A DNA stretch of 51,350 bases, counting the filler, from Jimgerdemannia flammicorona (lineage: Eukaryota): NCBI GenBank assembly GCA_003990765.1. It is 2 parts of 2 records of this genome, joined end to end, with 100 filler letters (N's around TTAATTAATTAA, not from the genome) between each part and the next. Parts side by side here need not be neighbours in the genome. Positions count along the whole stretch, not along the records: positions 25,727 to 51,350 come from RBNJ01000811.1; 1 more part is not named here. One strand, given 5' to 3'. Below are positions 35,993-47,400 of this stretch, piece by piece (positions within the stretch are counted from its first letter, which is position 1; each line of letters opens with the position of its first letter). A program made the translations under genes and the position numbers. Under the pieces are notes generated by a model that saw nothing but the letters and a program-made list of their open reading frames with translations, did no database searches and was not told where the DNA came from.

Positions 35993-37347
35993 TTAGCAGC
36001 CCAAGCCCCACCAAGACTTCAGACACATATACACCCAGATTATCTCAGCATTCAGTATACACCTCTTTGGGGCAACAATGTCCACCCCACCTGAGAACAC
36101 CTGCTGGACAGGAGTGCTGGAGGCAGGAATTGCCAGGTAGTCCCAAGCCATACCACACAGGCTGGGGAAGTCTGTTTGATGCAGCTGCATGTCTCAGTGG
36201 ATAGTGTAGTGGTTAGATTAATGGGTTAAATTAGCCAAATGCCTGCCTAACAACTTACCTTCTACTAGTTGAGCACCTCCATGCCCTCCAGCAGGATCAC
36301 ATGGTTGCTGGTGAGGTAAATGATAAGTTCATCTATTGATGCAGCTCTTCCACTGATAGCTCCCTCTTCCTCTTTCTGCTGAAGTAAATATGGGATAAGA
36401 GAGATTCCTCAGCATATTTATCTAGACTTTGGCCAGAACCTTGTGGCAGTATATAGTTTTTCCAGTATACTTTGATTATGACCTACTTGGTTCTCTCAAT
36501 GAAGTACTGCTCCCAGCTCTGATCTTTATGATATTGTAGCTTTAAGCATGGGTCCAGTACTGTTCAGAGAAAAGAGAGTGAGTTTTTGTATGGGTTTCTC
36601 TGTTTTAGAAGAGGCAATGGCCACATGCCAACATACCTGTACTGATTGAGTATATTACAGTATCTGTTTTGGAGTAGTATTTTCTGAGCTTGCTTAGAGC
36701 AATCTCTATGGCATCTCTCTGATCTGGGCTTAACTGTAAATCACCACAACCCTCCAGCCTGTCCTCAAGCTTATCCTCTAGCCAGTCAATCAGAAGGTTA
36801 TATACTAGTATTGCAGAGCTTATTGTCAGAGTCATTTGTTTGACTATATTCTTTATATAATCATTGAAATACTAGCAGTTATATGTAGTGAGATGTTGTA
36901 TTATGCAGAGGCAGATAAAACAAGTATAAAGTTAGAGCAATTATTACTTACTTCCAAAACTCTGACAATATTTCTAAGTACATCCCACTCACTTTCACCT
37001 AGAGCCTTGCCCCATATTTCCTTGTCAGTAGCCACTATTGAATCTATTAGCTTTTTTTGTTTTTTTTTTTTTTTAAAAAAAAAACTTTAATCATCCAAAA
37101 CAAGTTGCTTCAGCCAACTGAAGAAAAAAGAACACATACTACAGCAAACTCCAGTATATGCTGGATCATTGCAAATTTTGAGTTCCAATGCATATAGATA
37201 TCCAATATAAGCTCTTTTGGAGCTAAACTGATTACCCTATACTGTACAGTGAATTTGTCTCATCATTGTGGGAATAATTGGACTGATACAACCAGTTTGC
37301 ACAGCTTGGAAATTATACTCAGGGCCCCTCCTCTCTTGGATGTTTTG

Positions 37348-37414
<67 letters not shown>

Positions 37415-40300
37415 GTCTCTTGAACTCTGCTATTTATTACCCATCTATCAATAATTTTACAGTTTACCCTCCCTCTTCCCTATCCCCATTTTTTTTTTTT
37501 TTTTTTTTTTTTTATAGTCACTTGAACTCTGCTATTTATTACCCATCTATCAATAATTTTACAGTTTACCCTCCCACTACCCAATCCCCATAGGGGTGCC
37601 ACCCCATTTACCTATATGAACAAAGACCACTTTCTCATCCACAACACCAACCCTCCCCCTACTCTACCTACAGATTTGTTCTACCAGGTGATGCCTTTGA
37701 CCCCCCTTCAACCCCTAACCAAGCCACCAGCCTGTCAAGGTGTCTTCCATAAGGCTCTGCCACCTCATCAGCCTGACCTCAGAGCCAAGTTTCCTCCCAT
37801 CCTCAAAAACAAATAACCAGTAACTGGCCAGCCCCACCCAAATGGCCAAGGCCCAACCTAACATCAGCCATTCCTTCTCCACCCCCCCCTCCAGTCTGCT
37901 CCTTAAATCCTCCCATTGCCCCTGCACATCAGCTCCCCTATGCACTACTCCCAGATGATCCCCAATGTTCTGCCAAAAAGTACTAAGTACCTCACACTCT
38001 CCTAGCCAATGTTCAGGTGTCTGTACATATCCCCCTTCCTGCCCTACATTATAACACTCTTCACAGTTGAAGCAGCCTCCCTCAACAAGGTGACCAGAGC
38101 AGAAGTTTAGCATGACATTTCACCTCAGCACATGCCACCAGACCACCCAGTACTTCGGTGGCAGCCACCTCCTCACCTTGGCACTCCAGGCCCAAATGCT
38201 ATACCAGTCCCACTCCTTGCTGATTCCTACACCCTGCCAACTGCTAGGCCACAGATCCTGGCCTAGTCCCCATTGGCATTCGATCTCATCACCAATGTCA
38301 AACTCAATTAAGGGAACGCCACCTAGTAACACTTAGTCCCATCTCCACATCACTGGGTCCCAGACCTCCTCCCCTTCATTTCTCTGCCACCTAATTCCAA
38401 TGCGGCACACCCCTTCCACCACTCCCCACCAGAAGCCTTTGTATCGCAATTGTCCAGAGTTCTGAAGGCCCACAAGTGCTAGGAGATCACCAGTCGAACC
38501 CCTCAGAGAGGACCTCATCTCCCAGACTTTCTGCAGTAGGGGAACCCAACCACCCCCTCTCAACTCCACTGCCCTCTTCAGCCACCATGCTCTCAAGCAG
38601 TGCAGCCTCTTAGGAAAGTCAACCAGCCCAAGTCCCCCACTTGCCACCAGTAGGGACAAGATCTCCCAGTTGATCTGACTCTGTCTTCCAGCCCAGATCC
38701 ACCCCTTGGCCAGCTTCATCAAATGCTTCACCACCTAAGCTGGGAAGTCCAGATGATAGACCAGATACTACACCTTCAGCAGCCAATAGATGTTCAGAAT
38801 TGAAATGCGTCCTGCCAGAGACAATTGACAGCCCCCCCAACTCTACAGGGCCTCCTCCCAAATGCCAACCTGCTGCTTCCACCAAAGTCTGGGCAGAACT
38901 GACCTATATACTGACAGATAAATACCCAAGTATCATACTGCCTCACCAGCAGGAACAATTGCACCAAAAATCTCCCTGCCTACTAGACTATTGCCTAACA
39001 CCATTGTTTCACACTTATGCCAATTAAGCCTAGCCCTAGAGTTCGCCTCATACCACTCCACTGTTTCCTTGAGCCTCTCAACATCCATAACTGATCCCAG
39101 ACTGACCACCATGTCATCTGCAAATGCCCCTACTTTCCACCTAATGCCAAAGATAGAGAGCCCTACTATCTTCTGCCTGATTCTGTCCATGAAGGGCTCT
39201 AGAGACAAAGTATACAAAATGGGGGACAGTGGGTCCCCCTGGGGCACCCCCCTACTCTTGGATGTTTTGTCTATATACATAAGATAGTCCTGAACAGCAA
39301 GGTTCAGTACATGGGCCTGACATTATATATGATAGCTTTTTGCACTGAAGGCCATATTTTCCTATTTGAGGCTGACTACTAAAACTTGGAAAAATGTTAA
39401 GTTATTTGTAACATTGTCCATTATAATAGCCAAAATCTGTACTTGAAATATTTGGTAGGCAAATTTATATGAAAATAAATAACCAATAAAATCTGTTTTA
39501 TTTTAGGACCTCTCTCAAAATATCAATCTAATGGCAAGCCTCCCTTTTTTACCTTGGTTGTGATCCCAAGCTCCCAAATATAACTAATAAAAGAATCTGC
39601 AATATTTTCTCCAGAATGAGAGCCAGTAAGTTTGATGAAGTCAAGGGTGAGAGATTTAAGCTACCAATTGAGATCAATCCAATAACCAGTAATACCCAAA
39701 AACAAAATTGTATTGGAGAATATCCATGTGTTAATTGTAAACAAAATTTTGCCTGTGGAATTCTGCTTATTGAATGTGAGGTTAAATTGGTGAGCTCTTT
39801 TTATAAAAATATATATATATTTCAGCTTGCAAAGATCACAGTGCTACTCTTATTTTACCTGAAGTATCTGGTAGAGATTGTTGTGCTCCTTCCTATAGGT
39901 CTCCAGGATATCTTTGTGAATAGTATTGGTACTTGGAAAATATAAATCATGCTTGAGGAGACCAAAGATGCTATAAAATTGATCACTCTTGATGATTGTG
40001 AATGGGTGGTCTGTGTACACAATCTAGTGAATGAGCCGATTTTGAAATTCTATCAAAGATTATGGCTAAATATTCAGGCAATCAGATAAATATACCCACC
40101 ATAGCTTGGATATTGATTTTATTTATCTCCATGTTCTTTTTGATTATGTTAGAGTATTTGTCTTTTATGTGTCAATATATATTCAAAGTCATACTGCTAA
40201 GTATTTTGAACTTCTGGCTGATGCAGTTTATGGGGATAGATGAAACAGTATCATATTTGTATCAAACAAAAGTGTCAGTTATATTAATAGGTGTATCTTA
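35993..40300 (-). pseudogene. hAT transposase with spliceosomal introns, interrupted by LINE-A2
   Basis: C-terminal dimerisation domain FPSLCGMAWDYLAIPASSTPVQQVFS (35993..36190); KLRKYY; LDP after a GTATGT…CAG intron (~36561-36637); FLGITGYWID (~39670-39700). The 5' limit is approximate. Confidence 0.88.
37351..39254 (-). mobile_element. 5'-truncated LINE-A copy A2 with a duplicated 3' end
   Basis: 18-bp TSD CTCTTGGATGTTTTGTCT (37333-37350, 39255-39272). Begins at RGVPQGDPLSP, contains FADD, and has two poly(T) runs. Confidence 0.93.
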
Positions 40301-40543
40301 ATTTTTTATCTACAATAATTACAAATAATATCATCTCCTATCTTAGCACAATATTGCTAGATTTCAGAGTGAGGATTGTATAGAAGATATGGAACTATTA
40401 GGGATATTTGACTTAAAGCATTATCAGTACTGTAAACTGTTGAAGACTGATCTATTGATATGTATGTTTGTGTGTTTGTATGTATATATATATATTTGCA
40501 TATATATATATTGTTTATGTAGATGTATTCAGTATATAAGTCA

Positions 40544-40857
40544 TGTAGAGGATTCAGATTGGAGGATTCAGTTGAAGAATTCAGATGAGGATTCAGATTG
40601 AAGAATTCAAATTAGAGAATTTGAATTGGAGAATTTAGATTGAGTAATTTGGATTGAGTAATTTGGATTGAGTAATTTGGATTGAGTAGTTCAGATGGGG
40701 TAATTTAGATGGAGTGATTTAGATTAATCTGAGCTGATTCAGATGACTTTGGATTTGAGATTTGGATCAAACCATCATGTGATGAATCAAATCCAGATTT
40801 GATTCATGTGATGAATCAAATCCAGATTTGATTCAAATTGACTCATTCAGAGCACTA
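40544..40857. repeat. hAT2 right subterminal 14-bp array (about 13 units) and TIR
   Basis: Reverse complement of the 5127-5580 region, with fewer units. Confidence 0.88.
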
Positions 40858-41331
40858 TTTGGCAGCATATCTAGATGTTGAAGAGTATTGGCAGATATTG
40901 GAAGATTATTTGGGTTCTAAGAGCGAGCAATCAGAGGATCCCACTAGTCAGGTGGTCAAGCAGCAGCTGGTGGGGAAGACTGGTAATATCTGTGGTGATC
41001 TGGACTAAGTGCTAGGAGTCTAGATCCTGATGGTAGTATATTGGTGATGTGTATTTGAGAGAGATCCATGGATGAGAATGGGCAAATTAGTGCAAGGGTA
41101 GTGATATCAGGGGAAGTAGCAGCAGCTGGAGGCCTTGAGAAAGGTACAAGATATTGTACAGAGAAGCCAAGGTCATCTGGTGCTAGATAATAGAGGGGTA
41201 TAGTAGAAGGAGAATATTGGCTGATAAGTCTTTTCTTTATACTTCAATAGGTACAGTGTGGGCAGATAATGGAACTTGTAAATTGATTTATATTCTTATA
41301 GACTAGGTTTGAATAAAGGAGTCCAAGTAAC

Positions 41332-41406
<75 letters not shown>

Positions 41407-44400
41407 ATTATAGAGATAAAACTAGAGACTCAATTGGAGGACATCTGGATAGCAGGGGCAGTAGATGTTCACTGAGAGTATCCAGAGACAGGCAAGGTGA
41501 TGAGGCTGGAGAAGATTATAGAGAAGGATGAATTGGAAGATGTGGTCTCTGATGTCTCAGTAGATAGAGAGCTGCTACTGAAGTTGAGTAGGACCTCCAG
41601 GCCAGCTATCTTCAGATCACTGATAATGACAACTGATAACTGGTACCAGGTAGTGCTTGAGGAACTTGCAGAGGAAGATATCAAGGAAGTAGATGTATTT
41701 CATAGGTCTTAGGAGGCTTGGGAGAGATTTCTCAATATTGCTATATAGGGATGAAAGTTGGTGACAATGATGGTAGCAGTACTTCTGGATGATGAGGGGT
41801 ATAATATTGATGAGGACAGGATGGCTGGCATCAGGAAGGTAGCATCTGAGCAGGTGGATGCATTCTGTAGCAGTATAAATGGGGTATGTATCTGGAGGAC
41901 TATCTATGAGGAATAAAAGAAAATAATCCATAGTAGGGCTGAGAAGGTAGTAGAGATTCCTGCAGAGCTTTAAACATTTTTATTTATGATAATGAACAGT
42001 CTGCATATATTATTACTAAATATCAATATTCTACATAATAGAGTTAAACAATGTCATCTATTTCATTAACTAGAAGTTAGAAGGTATAATATGGTACTTT
42101 TATAGAATGTTTGAGCCTATAGTGAGCAGGATTATGAGTAGTAGAGCAAAGAATGATATAGTAGTACTGGTTGGAATAAACAGATGGGTATTTTAGTTAG
42201 TATTGAAAGAGATGAGCCAGTAGAGGTGGAAATTTACAATGATTGATTGATATGAGGTAGATTGAAAGAAGGAGCTAGAGATAGATTAGTAGTGGGCTAT
42301 ATCTATCTTCCAGCAGTTGGCAGAGAGAGAAAGCAATGGGTGGAGGGCTGGCTGGCATAGGAGGACCAGAAGAAAGTTGGGCTGGACATTTTGAGGGAGG
42401 ACTTTAATATAGTTCATAACAGGACATTAGATAGGTCTGATGGTGGGGTTAGTGTGGCAGGCTCAGCTGGGTTTTCTCAATGGCTTCAGATTGAGAGAAA
42501 TATGAGATTGATTGATAGTGTCTGACAGTGACAGAGGAAAAAGCCAGACTCTTTACTCAGTGACATTCTGTTAGTGAGAGTCTAGTTAAAATGAGGATTG
42601 ATTGGATTCTAGTGACTGAAAGTTGGGGAAATGTACTAGATATTACTGAGATATAGTGGTGCCCTTAGTCAGATCACTGAGGAGTCAAGGTGTGTGGCAG
42701 GTTTCAGACTATCAGTTAGAGTAAGGGTTGCTGATAACTCAATGTAGCTCTCCTTAGAAGGCAGGCAGAACAGGAACTATTTGTGGAGATTGCAAGGCAG
42801 AAGGTGATGTGGTGGAAGGATGAAGGATAGCTGATAGAGCAGTGATGGGATAAATTTAAACACTTGGCTGGTGGCAATTAATACGATGTCAGAGAGATAG
42901 TAGGAAAGGAGTAGAAGGATAAGGAGAGGAGAGTTGAGCAAGAGCTGCAATAGTGATTGAGGTTGATGGAAGTGGGAAACTTATCAGGAGAGAAATGCTC
43001 CTAATTAACAGTAGAGATAGCAGATTTGCAGCTGAATCTCAAGACAGCTGAGGATAGGGTGGTCAATAACCTGCTGGTAAGGCTGAGGGCTAGGCAGTTG
43101 GAAGAAGGAGAGTGGTCTATGAAGTATCTATCAGGTGTTTTGAAGGTCAGGAGGGTACATTATAGCTGAGCTTTGGTATTATAAGAGGATGGTTCTGAGG
43201 TCACTGATATTACAGAAATGCTGAGCGAGATCTCTGGGCAATGGCAGGCTCTCTGGCAGAATAATGGAGGGCTTGTAGAAGGTGAGGTATTATAGGAGAA
43301 TAATGATAATTTAGTGGGCAGTTGATCAGTAGTAAGATGGATAGGGTAGTGATGGATACAGTGTCACTGGAAGAGATATTGGAAGTGTTAAGGAAAGTGT
43401 AGGCAGGATCATTGCCTGGGGAGGATGAGCTGCCTTGGGAATTCTGGAAGGAGTTCTGGATTGAGTTTGGTGACTGGCTTGTAGAAATGGCAAACTTTAT
43501 TTTGAAAGATGGCAGCTGAATTAGCAATAGTACCTTAGGGCTGGTCTCTCTACTGTATAAAGAGAAGGGGGATCAGCATGTGTGGCAGAATTGGTGGTCT
43601 ATTATGTTGCTAAATGTGAATAGAAAATTAGTATCCAAGATTCTGGCTGAGAGGATGCAGTAGTGGATTGACAGACTGATGGGTGAGGATCAGAGAGGCT
43701 TTGTTAAAGAGAGGCAGATTAGAGACAGTATTGCCTGGATGTAGAATGTCTTAGAGGGCTGCAGGAGCCAGCAAGTGGATGAGTGGATGGTCTTTTTAGA
43801 TCAAGAGAAGGTGTATGACAGAGTGCAGTAGAATTATCTGGAAGCAGTACTGTAGAAGACAGAGTTCAGTATGGTAGATATAAGGAGATTAATGGGTCTA
43901 GTATAAGGCTACCAAGTAGCTATACTGATGAATGGGTAGAGTGGTCCAGAGTTTGTCTTAGAGAGAGGTATGTCACAGGATGATCCTCTCCCTCCCCTTC
44001 TCTATATTCTCTCCTTGGAGCCTTTGCTGGCTTTACTGAAGGAGTAACTTACTAGATTGTAGATGAGGGGTATGATATAGAAGCTGGGGGCTTTTGCAGA
44101 TAATATGGTAGTTGGGTTAGGCTGCATAGCAGATATTGAGAACCTGTAGGAGGAGATTGGACAATATGAGAGGCTGGTGGGAGTGAAACTGAACTGGGGC
44201 AAGTGTGAGACAATAGAGCTAGATACTGACTTAGGAGGAGATAGGTAATTTGGACAAATAGTGGCTATAGGGAATATCTTTCAATATTTGGGCATCTGGT
44301 TCTTGGTTTATAGGACTATATTACTAAAAGAGTGATGGTGTGGTATGATCCAGAAGTAGGAGGGAGTATTGACAGGTTGGTCAGAGAGGCACTTCACCTT

Positions 44401-44423
44401 GGTGAGTAGAGTGGTGATTTTGA

Positions 44424-44429
<6 letters not shown>

Positions 44430-44499
<70 letters not shown>

Positions 44500-47400
44500 G
44501 TTACTTAGACTCCTTTCTTTATTAATACACCCATCTATCTTCTATATAATTCACTGTGCCCATCCCTATCTGATCCCCCTAGAGTCCCCCCTCTTCTCCC
44601 ACCCCCTCTTGATGAAAGATTACTTTGTTATTCACCATTGTCACCCACCCACCACTCTGTTCACAGATCTTTTCCACCAGATGGCAATGTCACCCACCCT
44701 GGGAACCCCAACCCACCCACCACTCTGTCAGCAAATCTCCCATCAACTCCTCTCATCTTAACAACTTCTCCTGTATACCCATCTGTTGCCCCTCCTCAAA
44801 AACAAAGAGTCAATGTCTAGTCAGTCCTACCTATATAGTTAAAACCCACCCTATAGTGAGCCATCCATTGCCCACACTACCCACTAACTGTGATTTCAAA
44901 TCCTCCCAGCGACCTCTCTCTCCATCTGGCCTCCTCTCTATATCCAGCTAGTCTCCTACTACTATCCAAAAGTCCCCCAGAACCTCACACTCTTCCAGCC
45001 AATGTTTGGATATCTGTATAAATCCCCCAACTTATCCTATATTATAATACTCCTCACAATCCAATTGTCCACCATCCACTAGATGTTGAGCATGGAAATT
45101 CAACATGATATTCCTCCACAGCATCCACCACCATACCACCCAGAACTTGGGAAGAAGCCACCTCTGCACCTCAGCACTCCATGACCAGACTCCTGCCCAG
45201 TCCCACTCCTCACCAATCCTCACTACCTGCCAACTACTTGGCCAAAGATCCTGACTAAGTTCCCACTGACACTCCACTCTTTCACTAATATCAAACTCAG
45301 CAAGTAGAATACTCCCCAGAAGCAGTCTGTCCCATTGCCACATAGCTGAGTCCTACAGCATCTCTCCTTTATTACTTTGCCAGTACAGGTCTATTTAGTG
45401 TGCTCCATTCATCACCCCCCACCAGAAGCCCTTATACTGTAGCTATCAGCTTCCATCCAGATCCATCAGAGATAGCAAATCTCCCAAGAACTCTTATGGA
45501 GAGAATCTCATCTCCCACACCTTCTGCATCAGTGGTACCCAACCTCTTTCCTGTAAATCAATAGCTCTTTTCAACCACCAAGCTCACAGACAGTGCAGCC
45601 TCTTAGAAAGGTCTACTAGGCCTAGCTCTCTCTGAACCACTGGTGTTACCAGAGTATCTCAACTGATCTGGGACTATCACTCTGTCCAAATCTAGTCTCT
45701 AGCCATTTTCATCAGTCTCTTCACCACCTAAGCTGAAAAGTCCAAATGATAAGCAATATATTACAGCTTAGAGAACCAGTAAACATTCAGGATTGATACC
45801 CAGCCTGCTAGGGAGATGTGGCAATCTCTCCAACCTCTAAGAGCCTCCACCCAAATGTCCACCCTCCTTTTCCACCACATCTATGGTAAGATAGAACCAT
45901 ATATAGAAAGGAAGATGCCCAAATATCTCACCACCTCTTCTATAGGGACAATTGTTCCAATGATGTCCCCTCCCACTAGTCTATTCCCCAGCACCATCAT
46001 CTCACACTTATGCCAGTTGAGCTTTACCCCAGAATGTACTTCATGCCATTTCACTGTCTCCTTAAGTATCTTAACATCTGCCACTAAGCCAAGTCCAACT
46101 ACCATATTATCTGCAAAGACCCCCACCTTCCACACTACACTATATACAGAGAGCCCTGCCACCTTCTATCATATCCTATCCATCAAAGGTTCTAATGAAA
46201 GGGCATAAAGGATAGAAGACAGTAGATCTCTCTGAGAAACTCCTCTTCCCAAGGGGAATGCCAGACCCCGGTGACTATTATACAACAGTGCTGCCCTACT
46301 GCTCTCTAACAGATTCAACATAGAAGCTCAAAATTATGGGGGAACACCAATTCTATCTAGCACCTTGCCTAGCCACACTTGCCAAACTTGGTAATAGGCC
46401 TTCTCCTGGTCCAAAAAGACCAATCTTCCATTCAATCCACAAGCCTGTGCTCCTACAATAATATCATAAACCCAGGCTGTCCTATCTCTAATAAGCCTAC
46501 CTCTAACAAAGCCCCACTGCTCCTCACCCAGCATCTGTTGGGCAATCTTCTGTAGCCTTGCAACAATCACCTTAGTCACCATCTTCCTGTCTATATCCAG
46601 AAGTATAATCAGTCTTCAGTTCTTCCAGTCACCTCTCCTCCTCTTGTCTTTGTACAATAAGGCCGCCAACCCCAAGTCCTGCTCTTCAACCCACTTACCA
46701 TTCAGAAGAACATAGTTACAGAGGGCCATCATCTCTCCTAAAACTCTAGAAACCTTTGCTATCTTCTTCCAAAAGCCCCAAGGTAATCCATTCTCTCCTG
46801 GCACTATTTGAAGCTTAGTTGCAGCGAGAACTCTCTGGATCTCCTCCTCTTGGACTGATAGGATCAAGTCACCAAGGCCCTCTACTTGTGGCAGTTCCCA
46901 ATCCACCAGTATGTCTCCAATTGCCTCCTCATCCTTACCCCCTTCCTCCTCACTCCACAGACTCCTCCACCTCTCCTTTAGTACTCCCAAGATCTGTTGT
47001 ATACTATGCACCATTTTCCCCTCTGCATCCAGGACCCCACCTCATCAATGCTGCACCCTCCTGGCCTGAAGGAGCCATGACAAGTACCTAGTAGACCTCT
47101 CTCCCTCCTCAAGTTCCTGCTATCTCAGCCTAGCTACCATTCCTCTTATATGCATCTCCTCCTCCTCTCTCAACACCTGTTGCAGCTCCATCACTTCCAA
47201 TTTTGCATATGCTAACCTCCAATCATCAACCTTGCCAGAATTTAACAAATCTGCCCATTCTATCTACAATCTAACCAACTGTTTGGAAGCATACCTCACT
47301 CTTTTCCTTCTCTGCTTCCCTGTCTCTCTACCAGCCCCTCTCCAGTAAACCCATATAGTCTCTTTCAACTTTATCCATTAGATACCCACTGGCAAACCCT

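Larger units (their letters stand above)
32478..40857 (-). mobile_element. Complete hAT DNA transposon copy 2 with cargo gene (~6.5 kb without the nested LINE)
   Basis: TIRs TAGTGCTCCAAAT and ATTCAGAGCACTA. 8-bp TSD TTTGATAG (32470-32477) vs TTTGGCAG (40858-40865). The host LINE frame resumes across it, and both ends have subterminal repeats. Confidence 0.93.
27183..41402 (+). mobile_element. Full-length LINE family B copy B1 (27183-32477 plus 40858-41402), split by hAT2
   Basis: 15-bp TSD GGACATCACAGAGAT (27168-27182) vs GAACATTATAGAGAT (41403-41417), differing by three transitions. Endonuclease G(G)DFN and RID, RT LDQEKAY and FADN, poly(A) at 41335-41402. Confidence 0.88.

Noticed and set aside
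37249..37593. Poly-Phe ORF
   Set aside because: Translation of LINE poly(T) tails.
39616..40601. Hydrophobic plus-strand ORFs as membrane proteins
   Set aside because: Antisense to the RIP-degraded, AT-rich hAT transposase and leader.
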